64,000 nt of DNA. It comes from Candidatus Sumerlaeaceae bacterium. GTDB taxonomy: Bacteria > Sumerlaeota > Sumerlaeia > Sumerlaeales > Sumerlaeaceae. The translations under genes and the position numbers were made by a program. The notes under the pieces were generated by a model, which was given only the letters and a program-made list of their open reading frames with translations, was not told the origin of the DNA and did not search any database. This document shows, in pieces, positions 32,501 through 40,950 of the stretch (its first letter is position 1; every line of letters starts with the position of its first letter). Location: NCBI GenBank assembly GCA_051003195.1, contig JBPCLP010000009.1, positions 150,618 to 214,617 of the forward strand, in the 5' to 3' direction.

Positions 32501-32710
32501 CTCTGCCTGTACCGTGACTTCCGGTCACTGGAGACTATCACCCGGTTGCTCACCGATGCTGGAACCAGTCTGCTTCCTGCCGATCCACAGCTCTCCGGCG
32601 CGCTCACCCGCATGCGCGGATTGCAGTCGGCCGAACAACTCCACGCCTGGCTGCGAGATCGCATGGTAGAAGTGCGAAGCATCTATCAGCAGCAGTTGGC
32701 AGGTGGCTAA
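29552..32710 (+). CDS. glnE: Bifunctional glutamine synthetase adenylyltransferase/adenylyl-removing enzyme
   Basis: Two NT domains: MGKLGGRELNFSSDIDL...DMRLRPEG and FGKYGGQELNFFGDLD...DARLRPHG; GTGA overlap with the upstream GT gene. Confidence 0.93.
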   Translation: MIPHPLTQQVRVALEGGLLEHPGFLSAEQSTANVRLLAPHFPNVQELAALIDTIGKSAAPDMALNNLERFIVSSHAQRQIGELISDRDDVRHALVTLFAGSQFLSEVLIAQPGAFDWLIEHNQLWSVRTAAYYRETVREQIEGLTELVEQRRVLNRWRRREMLRIGMRDLLVLATMEEVTRDISDLAQAIIHLAAELTYQQTAKKYGHPVSESASWDTSFDSVAPGEDAPLPAAAGMCVLGMGKLGGRELNFSSDIDLVFIYEAEGQTTGRFDGTRRVAVTSNHSFFARMGQALVKFLAERGPDGNLFRVDMRLRPEGQDGPLVRSLESFITYLSSQARDWERIAYLKARVLSGPSHLTERLYRVVSRFVYAGVEAAQIIREIQELKLRIDREVIISDLYEREVKRGYGGIREIEFVVAAMQIIHGYTHHALRVRNVFLAVQRLQEVHILSDEEAMFYLRAYSFLRLIEHRLQMAEEHQTHTLPADPHQLEQLARRCGYVSAAAFETHYRETTHEVHRRFIVFFEEDVALLDEEKKDLLLITDRDAPPDEVAKALQRRGINHPEAVRLLHVLAFGTREVFVSPEGQRSFQQMLPSLLRLTAAAPLPGRVLPNLHSFAMAMKGITYYYEVIAQHPEILRMLVLLFGTSNFYSQALIAQPEYFDALISSRVLEEVDADEAAKRQRMSAVLQGKLQQRKLTMLRRATHFENLLTALRYLLKLRPLADCLRQLSTTADLCIDVGMRLVAEKISSKNEPMDRGVADALYESVKQTFAVIAFGKYGGQELNFFGDLDVVFVFKEAERAQALAAQYDLSLGAFYTSVADTLTFVLSENIQGGRAYVLDARLRPHGRNAPHATPLSQYVEYLSHEAQIWELQSLTRARLVWGDSESLDQVQDAAKARIETTKTKTLQQQFHAMRMRLEAAAAEDHEPSHMEFKRAAGGLVDIEFLLQYLALAKGVHVSANYFDALADARLDAPLIGQRERLLCLYRDFRSLETITRLLTDAGTSLLPADPQLSGALTRMRGLQSAEQLHAWLRDRMVEVRSIYQQQLAGG

Positions 32711-32826
32711 GCGCTTACCGATGTTCATGGCCGGTCATCCGACAGCGCCCACGGCAATATTAAGTTCAAAGCCCTGCGCAAAAGTCTGGACATGAATAGC
32801 ACGGCGGAAAATTCTGTCTCCTGATA

Positions 32827-33555
32827 ATGGACATGAAAGCCCCCACCTACTCCGAATTTGTGCTGAAGCGGCTGCACTCGCTCACCGGCGTCATTCCTCT
32901 CAGCTTTTTCATCTTCTTTCACTTCTCGGCCAACTCGTTCTCGACCGTTGGCGAAGAGGCATTCGACGGCGTAGTGAAGCAGTTACGCGGGCTGCCATTT
33001 CTTGAGGCGATCGAATGGGGGCTGCTGTTCGCGCCGTTCCTTTTTCATATGTTCTACGGCATGTATCTGATTTTCGGAGCACGACCGAATCCCGGCCGCC
33101 AGGGTTACGTACGCAACTGGGCCTACGTGATGCAGCGTGTCACGGCTATCGTGGTGTTTGTGTTCATTCTATACCACGTGATAGGCATTCGTTTTATTGA
33201 CGCGCACAACCAGCCCAGGGTCTACGACCTGATGCACCAGAAGTTTTCCGACCCCTTCACGTACTGGTGGTACATGGTGGGAATCGCGTGCACCTGTTAC
33301 CACCTCGCTAACGGACTGTGCACGTTCCTCATGACGTGGGGAATTACGGTGGGTCGCACCAGTCAACGCTTTGCCGTGGGCGCAATGACTGGCCTGGGAT
33401 TGATTCTGTTCTTCATCGGCGCCTCAGCGGTAAACGGTTTTCTTAAAGTGCCAAAACGTCCCAACATGCCGGTCAACGTCCACGAAGCATTGCCGACGGC
33501 CGCCGCACCGGACGCTCCGCAATTCGCGAAGGAAACCGTACTCGCGCGGCAGTAG
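32827..33555 (+). CDS. sdhC: Succinate dehydrogenase cytochrome b558 subunit (Bacillus type)
   Basis: KRLHSLTGVIP, conserved His residues, NWAYVMQRVT, YHLANGL, TWGITVG. Confidence 0.85.
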   Translation: MDMKAPTYSEFVLKRLHSLTGVIPLSFFIFFHFSANSFSTVGEEAFDGVVKQLRGLPFLEAIEWGLLFAPFLFHMFYGMYLIFGARPNPGRQGYVRNWAYVMQRVTAIVVFVFILYHVIGIRFIDAHNQPRVYDLMHQKFSDPFTYWWYMVGIACTCYHLANGLCTFLMTWGITVGRTSQRFAVGAMTGLGLILFFIGASAVNGFLKVPKRPNMPVNVHEALPTAAAPDAPQFAKETVLARQ

Positions 33556-33641
33556 CGCGCTGCCTGGCCGGCCCGCTTCACAGTCAGTCCTCTTTCTTAC
33601 TTATCTACTTCTCTATTTTACTGCTCCTCGACTCCTCTTCC

Positions 33642-34034
33642 CTAATCCGTCTCCCCATCCACATACTCCACAAGCAGCCCATCCGGGTGATGCACGACCA
33701 TGCTATGGCCCTGCGGAGCGCGCATCGGCTCCTCGACGATTTCGGCGCCCATGCGTAGCAGCGAATCGATAAAATGCTCGACGCGATCCACCAGGTAGGT
33801 AGCGCGAATTTCAGGATGATCGTAGAGTCCCGCTTCAGCGCCTGCGATAATGTGAACCCCTCCCACCACTGCCGCACGAATGCCGTCGCGCGGGTTCTCA
33901 TACCGCAGGCCGCACGGCTCGCCGGACAGCTCCTCATAAAACCGTATCGCGGCCTCGAGCTGTTCGTGCCGGACGTAAGAGCGGGTGAAGAGCTTAAAAA
34001 TCAGCACGCGGAGCTGTAACACGCAGCCAGGCAC
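33642..34034 (-). CDS. VOC/glyoxalase family protein (start uncertain)
   Basis: LEAAIRFYEEL...GAEIVEEP...HPDGLLVEYV. Confidence 0.75.
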   Translation of the reverse strand: MPGCVLQLRVLIFKLFTRSYVRHEQLEAAIRFYEELSGEPCGLRYENPRDGIRAAVVGGVHIIAGAEAGLYDHPEIRATYLVDRVEHFIDSLLRMGAEIVEEPMRAPQGHSMVVHHPDGLLVEYVDGETD

Positions 34035-34119
34035 ACACGTGTGCCCAACCAGAAATGTTTATGCATGATTTTCCGGGACCCTGCCGCTCGTTTTGCCCAA
34101 AGCCCAACTGTATACACTA

Positions 34120-35088
34120 CTACCCAACAGCCACCTTGCTCGAAATGAACTCTTCGATCCGGCGCGCCTCATCCTCATTGAGCACCAGGTGACCCGCGCC
34201 GATAACACCATCAACCTGCGCGGACGAGCGCGAGCCGACGATCGCTCCGGTAACCGCCGAATTACGCAAGGTCCATGCGATGGCAACTTCCCCGGGTGAG
34301 CGCCCATGCTGCTTCCCAATCTCGCGAAGCAGTTCAACGAGCGCGAGATTCCACGAAAGCTTCGGTTCCTTGAATTCCGGGTTACGGCTCCGCCAGTCCC
34401 CAGGGGAGAGGTTCGCCGCGCGCTCCTTCGTCATCGCACCCGTCAGCAGCCCTGACAGCATCGGCGAGTAGACGATAACGCCGATATCGTTGGCTTCGCA
34501 GTAGGGCAGAATCTCCGCCTCAATGCCGCGCCGCAGCATGGAATACGGCGGCTGCAGCGACGTGATTGGCGCTATTGCCTGCGCGCGTTTCATCTGCTCG
34601 ACGTTGAAATTCGACACACCAATCCAGCGAACCTTGCCCTCCTGCTTCAGCTCGGCCATTGTGGTCCAGCCTTCCTCGATGTCCGTCTCCGGATTGGGCC
34701 AGTGAACCTGGTACAGGTCGATCACATCCACTTTCAGTCTACGAAGGCTATCCTCACATTCCCTCCGGATCGATTGCGCTTTCAGGCTGTTGCCTACTTC
34801 TCCTTTTTCATCCCACGTGAGCGAGCATTTCGTAAATATATAGGGCCGGTTGCCTTTCCAGCCGTCGAGCGCCCGGGCCACCACTTCTTCCGAATGCCCC
34901 AGTCCGTAGATCGCTGCCGTATCAATCCAGTTCATTCCGCGATTCAGCGCCTGCCGGATTGCCGCAATCGAATCATTGTCGTCCTGCTCGCCCCATGAGT
35001 AAGCCCATCCGGCGCCGCCGATTGCCCACGCGCCAAAACCAATGGGGGTGATCTGAATGTCGCTGTTTCCCAGATTGCGTAATTTCAT
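34120..35088 (-). CDS. Aldo/keto reductase
   Basis: IGFGAWAIGG, IDTAAIYG, IDLYQVHWP, GVSNF, YSPMLSGLL. Confidence 0.93.
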   Translation of the reverse strand: MKLRNLGNSDIQITPIGFGAWAIGGAGWAYSWGEQDDNDSIAAIRQALNRGMNWIDTAAIYGLGHSEEVVARALDGWKGNRPYIFTKCSLTWDEKGEVGNSLKAQSIRRECEDSLRRLKVDVIDLYQVHWPNPETDIEEGWTTMAELKQEGKVRWIGVSNFNVEQMKRAQAIAPITSLQPPYSMLRRGIEAEILPYCEANDIGVIVYSPMLSGLLTGAMTKERAANLSPGDWRSRNPEFKEPKLSWNLALVELLREIGKQHGRSPGEVAIAWTLRNSAVTGAIVGSRSSAQVDGVIGAGHLVLNEDEARRIEEFISSKVAVG

Positions 35089-35229
35089 TCCGCCGCTTCC
35101 ACGTTGAGTAGTAATGAGCGGTCGCGTGGCTGGATTCGATTGCAAGTGTGTCGTATATCCGCGACATGCTGCCATGTGGAACAGGTTTTCTAGAAAAGTT
35201 CGGCATAATTTGTGCTCCTGTGCACATCC

Positions 35230-35520
35230 ATGGGACAAAGTGACAACTCTACTGACCTGATCGATCTCGCCCGGAACCTCGATCTATACGCCAGGCGCCA
35301 TCGAATCATCTTTGCCCTTGATGTGGGTCAGCTCGAAACGGCTTTGCAGCTATGCCGCGGTGCCATGGCCGACTGCGAAGGCGATCTCTCGGAGATTTGC
35401 TCTCCCGCCGAACGCGCGCAGCATGAGCAGAAGCTTGCACATCTAAAGCAGTTCGAATCGCGGCTCAGCTCTGCCGCCAGGTCCGGTGCCTGCGAATCCC
35501 ATAACTGGGTCGCCGCGTAA
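35230..35520 (+). CDS. Hypothetical helical protein
   Basis: Fills the gap between genes; plausible helical composition; no recognised motif. Confidence 0.4.
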   Translation: MGQSDNSTDLIDLARNLDLYARRHRIIFALDVGQLETALQLCRGAMADCEGDLSEICSPAERAQHEQKLAHLKQFESRLSSAARSGACESHNWVAA

Positions 35521-35602
35521 ATCCCTTTACATAAGTCGGGTGCGCGCCATCACACCATAAAACCTGTGTGTTGGTTCGCATGGGATCGACCCGGACTGGC
35601 GA

Positions 35603-36634
35603 ATGAAGGAATACCTCGACCTTATCAGCGAACGACTCAGTTTTATGTGGTACCTAACGCGCCACCTGCGCGACGGGACTTTCCGCTACCGCTCGCGCGA
35701 CGTTCAGCAGACCATTCTCGCAACGAAGCAGTACGTTCGCGCAACTCTTGCCCCAAGTCTTGGCCTCGACCGCAGCTCTCCAATCACGATTGAGCTGCCG
35801 GTTAAGGGGCTCACCAATCTGCTTTGGCTGGTCCGGTTAGCTGATAAGCGCTGCATGGTGTATTCCTACCTTGTCCATCAATGGCCGCGAATGGAGCAGC
35901 AAATCACTGCCTTGCGGCTCTTGAACGACAACGGGGTGCGCGCGCCGCGTATGTTGCACAGCTTTGCAGATGCTTCGAAATTTGGCGTCTACTTTGTCGC
36001 GACGGAGTATGTGGACGGCATCAGCCGAGCCGGCAAAAATCAGCGCCTATCAGTAGAGGAAGTTGAATGCGTAGCTCAGCAGCTTGCCCGCCTGCATTCG
36101 GTTCGTAACTCCGGCTGGGGCCGCCTTTGCCTGCCTCGCAACAGCGACTACTTCGCCCGCCAAAAGCGTCTCGTATCCCGTTATCTCAGTGTCGCGCGCA
36201 AACACCGGATGCTCACATCGGATCAGCAGAAAAGGATGCGGTCTTGGTTCTATAACTGGCGAAGTTCTTTTGCCGCCGTCACACGCTTTTCACTCATCCA
36301 TGGCGACCTGCATCCCAACAACATCCTGTTCGAGCCGGGTGGGGGATGCTGTTTGCTCGATACCGACCGCGTTGCCTGGAACCTCGGAATGTGGGATGTA
36401 GAGCTCGTGCACGAGCGAATCTGCCGCGGCGATACCCAACTTATCCAGGTGTTCGATGCGCGATACCTCTCTCTATTAGAATCGTCCGACCGTGAGCTGC
36501 ACCAGCGACTGACGCCCTTTTTCGCCGCTCTCCTTCGCTTGCGCCTATGTGTGCGGGATCTCGGCGACACGGATGAAAACGCATCAATGGTCCAGGCCTG
36601 GCAGGAACTGCAAAAACTCACCGGACTGGTCTAA
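35603..36634 (+). CDS. Aminoglycoside phosphotransferase / choline kinase-like protein
   Basis: TEYVDG, LARLH, HGDLHPNNIL (Brenner motif), LLD. Confidence 0.75.
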   Translation: MKEYLDLISERLSFMWYLTRHLRDGTFRYRSRDVQQTILATKQYVRATLAPSLGLDRSSPITIELPVKGLTNLLWLVRLADKRCMVYSYLVHQWPRMEQQITALRLLNDNGVRAPRMLHSFADASKFGVYFVATEYVDGISRAGKNQRLSVEEVECVAQQLARLHSVRNSGWGRLCLPRNSDYFARQKRLVSRYLSVARKHRMLTSDQQKRMRSWFYNWRSSFAAVTRFSLIHGDLHPNNILFEPGGGCCLLDTDRVAWNLGMWDVELVHERICRGDTQLIQVFDARYLSLLESSDRELHQRLTPFFAALLRLRLCVRDLGDTDENASMVQAWQELQKLTGLV

Positions 36635-36661
36635 GCACTAGATTACGAATCTGGCGCGTAA

Positions 36662-36710
36662 ATTAAACCGGTTCGATATTCTTCTTGCGTTTTAGTTAGA
36701 CCGGTTTAAT
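36662..36710. promoter_or_regulatory. Paired LacI-family-like operator sites upstream of the GH13 gene
   Basis: ATTAAACCGGT (36662-36672) and ACCGGTTTAAT (36700-36710) are inverted repeats, each centred on the ACCGGT palindrome; TTGCGT lies between them. Confidence 0.5.
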
Positions 36711-36818
36711 ACAAGTAACATTCCCTCCTGAATTGACCTTTCGAATTCGCGAGCCGCAGGTCTGGGACCGCCAGCACCACAGCCGGGACGGAGTGACTTC
36801 TCAGCGAAAGGTCTCTCT

Positions 36819-39191
36819 ATGTCTTACCGCTCTTCTTTGGTCTCCCGCATTGCAAATACAGCCGCATTGCTTGCTTTCGTCACCGGCGCGGCATTGCCGG
36901 CTAACGCGGTTACCCTGTTCTCGGATACGTTTCCTTCGACCACGCTCGGTACCGCGTGGACCAAATCCGGCATCAGCAACTGGCGCGTACAGGCCAGCTC
37001 GACGTACCGGGTCGGCACGAGCGGCTACGGTATCACCTTCGATGACAGCGTCAGCGATACGATCTATTCGACGTCTCGCCTGGATCTGAAGCAGAACCTC
37101 GCCACATTCAGCAACGTCGTCCTTACTTTCCAGTTCCGCAATGTGGGTGACGAAATACACACGCAGGACGGTCTCTACCTTTCCACGAACAATGGTGCTT
37201 CGTACTCCAAGATCACGACGTGGTCGTTCCCGGCGATCTCTTCGACTTTCGCGTTACAGACGGTGAACATCTCGACGGCGGCGAGCAGCCTTGGCCTGGT
37301 GCTTGGGCCGAACACCATCATCCGCTGGCAGGAATACGACCAGGTGCCGCTGTCTTCAGATGGCGTCGCGATCGATAACGTCACAGTCACCGGCGACACG
37401 GTCGCTTCTACGCGCAGCGGCGTCGGTGCGATCCCATACCCCAATGGCACCACCTTCCGTGTATGGGCACCGAGCGCCACCGGGGTCGCAGTCGGCGGTT
37501 CGTTCAATGCCTGGAGCGCCACGGCCAACAAGCTCGCGAACCAGGGCGGCGGCTGGTGGTCGGTGGACTTCAACCAGGCGATCATCAACGACCAGTACAA
37601 GTTTGTGATCACGCACCCGACGCTGGGCACGCTTTGGCGGCAGGACCCCCAGGCGCGCCAGGTCGTAAACGATGCGGGCAATTGCATCATCATGGACCCG
37701 AGCTTTACCTGGGGCACGTACTCCTACACCACGCCCCCGTTTAACGAGCAGGTGATGTACGAGATGCACATCGGCACGATCAACGACGTAGCCGGCGGCA
37801 GCCCCGGTAACTGGACGTCGGCCATCGCCAAGCTCGACCACCTGCAGGCACTTGGCGTGAACATGCTCGAGGTGATGCCGGCGATGCAGTTCCCGGGCGA
37901 CTTCTCCTGGGGCTACAACCCGCATTCGCAGTTTGCGCCGGAGGATATCTACGGCTCGCCGCAGAACATCAAAAGCTTCGTCGATGGCGCGCACTCACGC
38001 GGCATGGGCGTCATGATGGACGTCGTGTTCAACCACATGGGATCGAGCCCGTATGAGAGCAGCATCCCGATCTGGAACTATGACGGTGAAAGCTACGGCA
38101 ACGGCGGCATCTACTTCTTCAGCGACTGGCGCAAGGAGACCCCGTGGGGCTGGTCGCGTCCGGACTACGGCCGCAACGAAGTGCGCGACTACCTGAAGGA
38201 CGCGACCATGATGTGGCTGAACGACTACCGCATGGACGGCCTTCGCTGGGACAGCACGGTGAATATCCGTACGCAGAACAACGGCGGCGGCGGCGACATC
38301 GCCGAGGGCTGGAGCCTGATGCAGTACATCAACAACACGGTGGACGGCAGCGCCGGATTCAAGATCCAGGTGGCCGAGGACCTTCAGAATAACAGCGCCA
38401 TAACCAACGGCACGGGCGCCGGCGGCGCGGGCTTCGACAGCCAGTGGGACGCGGAATTTGTGCACCCGATGCGCACCGCGATTATTGGCGGCACGGATTC
38501 GGCGCGCGACATGAACGCCGTATCGGCGGCTATTACCCACAAGTACAACGGCTCGCACACGCAGCGTGTGATCTACACCGAAAGCCACGACGAAGTGGCC
38601 AACGGCAAAGCGCGCGTGCCCGAGGAAATCTGGCCCGGCAACGCCGGTAGCTGGGCGAGCAAGAAGCGGAGCACGCTGGGCGCGGGGCTGGTGTTCACTT
38701 CGCCTGGCATTCCGATGATCTTCCAGGGGCAGGAATTCCTCGAAGATGGCTACTTCGCGGATACCGACCCGCTCGACTGGACAAAGAATACAACTTACGC
38801 CGGGATCAAGAGCCTCTACACGGACCTGATCCGCCTGCGCCGCAACTGGTACAATAACACGCGCGGCCTGAAAGCGAACAACGTGAACGTGTACCACGTG
38901 AACAATACGAGCAAGCTGGTGGCGTTCCATCGCTGGGACGTCGGCGGAGCGGGCGACGATGTGGTCGTGGTGGCCAACTTCGCCAACGTTGGCTACACGG
39001 CGTACAACATCGGCATGCCGCGCAGCGGAACCTGGTACGTGCGCTTTAACAGCGACTGGAACGGGTACGCGGGTGACTTCAGCAACTGGAACTCGTACAA
39101 CACGACGGCGAATTCGGGCGCGCAGCATGGGCTGCCGTACAACGCGAATGTGGGCATCGGCCCCTACACCGTGATCATCCTGTCACAGTAG
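36819..39191 (+). CDS. Secreted GH13 alpha-amylase-family enzyme with CBM48 (branching-enzyme/TreZ-like) and an N-terminal beta-sandwich
   Basis: Signal peptide (ALPANA); FRVWAP, YEMHIG, WGYNP, DVVFNH, DGLRWD, AED, ESHDE, FQGQEF. Confidence 0.88.
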   Translation: MSYRSSLVSRIANTAALLAFVTGAALPANAVTLFSDTFPSTTLGTAWTKSGISNWRVQASSTYRVGTSGYGITFDDSVSDTIYSTSRLDLKQNLATFSNVVLTFQFRNVGDEIHTQDGLYLSTNNGASYSKITTWSFPAISSTFALQTVNISTAASSLGLVLGPNTIIRWQEYDQVPLSSDGVAIDNVTVTGDTVASTRSGVGAIPYPNGTTFRVWAPSATGVAVGGSFNAWSATANKLANQGGGWWSVDFNQAIINDQYKFVITHPTLGTLWRQDPQARQVVNDAGNCIIMDPSFTWGTYSYTTPPFNEQVMYEMHIGTINDVAGGSPGNWTSAIAKLDHLQALGVNMLEVMPAMQFPGDFSWGYNPHSQFAPEDIYGSPQNIKSFVDGAHSRGMGVMMDVVFNHMGSSPYESSIPIWNYDGESYGNGGIYFFSDWRKETPWGWSRPDYGRNEVRDYLKDATMMWLNDYRMDGLRWDSTVNIRTQNNGGGGDIAEGWSLMQYINNTVDGSAGFKIQVAEDLQNNSAITNGTGAGGAGFDSQWDAEFVHPMRTAIIGGTDSARDMNAVSAAITHKYNGSHTQRVIYTESHDEVANGKARVPEEIWPGNAGSWASKKRSTLGAGLVFTSPGIPMIFQGQEFLEDGYFADTDPLDWTKNTTYAGIKSLYTDLIRLRRNWYNNTRGLKANNVNVYHVNNTSKLVAFHRWDVGGAGDDVVVVANFANVGYTAYNIGMPRSGTWYVRFNSDWNGYAGDFSNWNSYNTTANSGAQHGLPYNANVGIGPYTVIILSQ

Positions 39192-39206
39192 AGCAATAGG
39201 AGACAG

Positions 39207-39243
39207 TGGGCCGGCGCAGAAACCCGCGCCGGCCCAGTTTTTT
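39207..39243 (+). terminator. Intrinsic terminator
   Basis: TGGGCCGGCGC-agaaaccc-GCGCCGGCCCA followed by GTTTTTT. Confidence 0.85.
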
Positions 39244-39661
39244 AAGCGGCAGGTACCAGATTAATCATCCAGCCGATGCCGAAGCGATCCGTCAGCATTC
39301 CAAACCGCGGAGACCAGAAGGTTTTACCCAGGGGCATCTGCACCTGTCCGCCATCGGCTAACGCCGCAAACACTCGGTCAGCCTCTGCTTGCGTTGGCAC
39401 CGAAAGCGAAAGCGAGAAACCCTGGAACGCCGCTTTTTCGGCCGAGCATCCATCGGATGCCATCACAGTCGTCTCGCCAATCCGCAGCGCCGCGTGCATG
39501 ACCTTGTCCTCGAAGCCGGCCGGCACCATTCCTGGCGGTGGGGGATCAGGACTCTCGTTATAGCGCATCACCATCTGTACTTCCGCTCCTGTCGCCTTGC
39601 GGTAAAACTCCAGCGCTTCCTGGCAGCGCCCATTGAAAAACAGGTACGGTTCCACTAACAT
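39242..39661 (-). CDS. PhnB/VOC family protein
   Basis: PYLFFNGRCQEALEFY, VMHAAL, MASD, TFWSPRFGMLTDRFGIGWM. Confidence 0.9.
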   Translation of the reverse strand: MLVEPYLFFNGRCQEALEFYRKATGAEVQMVMRYNESPDPPPPGMVPAGFEDKVMHAALRIGETTVMASDGCSAEKAAFQGFSLSLSVPTQAEADRVFAALADGGQVQMPLGKTFWSPRFGMLTDRFGIGWMINLVPAA

Positions 39662-39819
39662 GACTCCACTCCCATCTTTTTTGTCGTTCGTGGTAACGAC
39701 GACCGAAACGCCGGCCCCAGGACAACCATGCAAAAAATCTCATGTCCTGGCCCAGCCGACAGCGCCTTAAAAAACATGCCGTGCCGTTGTGAATCCCCTC
39801 ATTGATCGTTTCGCTAGCC

Positions 39820-39881
39820 CAGGCTAAAGCCTGTACTCCGAACGGGGCTGTACTGCGAACGGGGCTGTACTGCGAACGGGG
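39820..39881. repeat. REP-like palindrome followed by 17-bp tandem repeat x3
   Basis: CAGGCTAAAGCCTG palindrome; CTGTACT(C/G)CGAACGGGG at 39831, 39848 and 39865. Confidence 0.85.
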
Positions 39882-39918
39882 CGATCCTGTTTGCGCTAGT
39901 GGTGGCGGCTGGAGGTTT

Positions 39919-40025
39919 TTCAAGTTTTCAAGTTATTCAAGTTGGTATTCAAGTTTGCGTATGAAAGCTTGAAACGCCTGCAGATATCTATTCAAGTTTT
40001 CAAGTTGGTAATTTCGCCACTTGAA
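39919..40025. repeat. Cluster of TTCAAGTT octamers
   Basis: Forward copies at 39919, 39927, 39936, 39948, 39991, 39999; reverse partial copies at 39968 and 40019. Confidence 0.8.
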
Positions 40026-40493
40026 TAGCGGTAATCCTCGCGTAAGAATTCGCCGGGGCCTTGTATCTCAGGCTTCCTTGTGCCATGGGCGGCTTTTTCC
40101 GCCAGGCGCATGGACGTAAAATGCCACGCGGATTGGGCGCAGAGGTCCGTCTTCCGTCGGTCACGGCGTTCGGGCTGCATAGTTGTCAAAGAACGTGTTC
40201 AGCTTTACTACGCTGACACGTTTACACCAGTTTGGTGGGGCCTGTCACTTCCCGGGCGTCGCCTTAGCATGGGCTAAGTCCAATAAAGTCGAAAAATATT
40301 TTTGGGTGAATGTGCGCTGGTGCGTGCGGGCAACTCCGGAGGAGCGCCGTTGCTCGAGTGCCATTGATGTGGAGATTTCAGCGAGAAAGTATAATCGTCG
40401 AGCGTCGCAGAGTGGACGCGCTCCCAAGGCCGTAGATGATCTTGTGGTGAAGTATTGCTGACGCTAGCAAATTAATTAGTGACAACGTCAACC

Positions 40494-40536
40494 GTCCACG
40501 TTATTCAGTCCTCGTTATTCAGTCCTCGTTATTCAG
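40494..40536. repeat. 14-bp tandem repeat x3
   Basis: GTCCACGTTATTCA-GTCCTCGTTATTCA-GTCCTCGTTATTCA. Confidence 0.85.
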
Positions 40537-40585
40537 GGTCTTAAACCTGACCGGCTTCGAAACATGTAGCGGTTTTGAAATAGTA

Positions 40586-40950
40586 TCAGCTTATTGCGGT
40601 CAATGTAGCAAGAACGTCTTCGTCAGGTGTTCCTTCGCTCCAACCCAACCCGTTTAAAGCAAATTTGGAAAGCCGCCGAACAAGCCGCCACTCTGCCGAC
40701 TCTTCCAAATGGCATAACTGCCAGAAGTACACTTGGTACGATGCGAGCATTAAATGTAACAATCCGTCCAACTCAAACAGCACATCAGGAACTTCGTCCA
40801 CCGAGTTCAGAAAACCAGGAAGGATATCTACATAGGAATCGCATAGGCCGACCAGACCGTTTTGATCATTTATGTAATCTCGCGCCGCCTTCGACATACC
40901 ATTGGGAATAACAACGCACCGAAGTTTCACCTGTTCCCCATAAGACAATG
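40586..40950 (-). pseudogene. Possible truncated hypothetical gene
   Basis: Open frame whose only listed start lies inside the 27-bp inverted repeat; lower GC than flanks. Confidence 0.3.
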
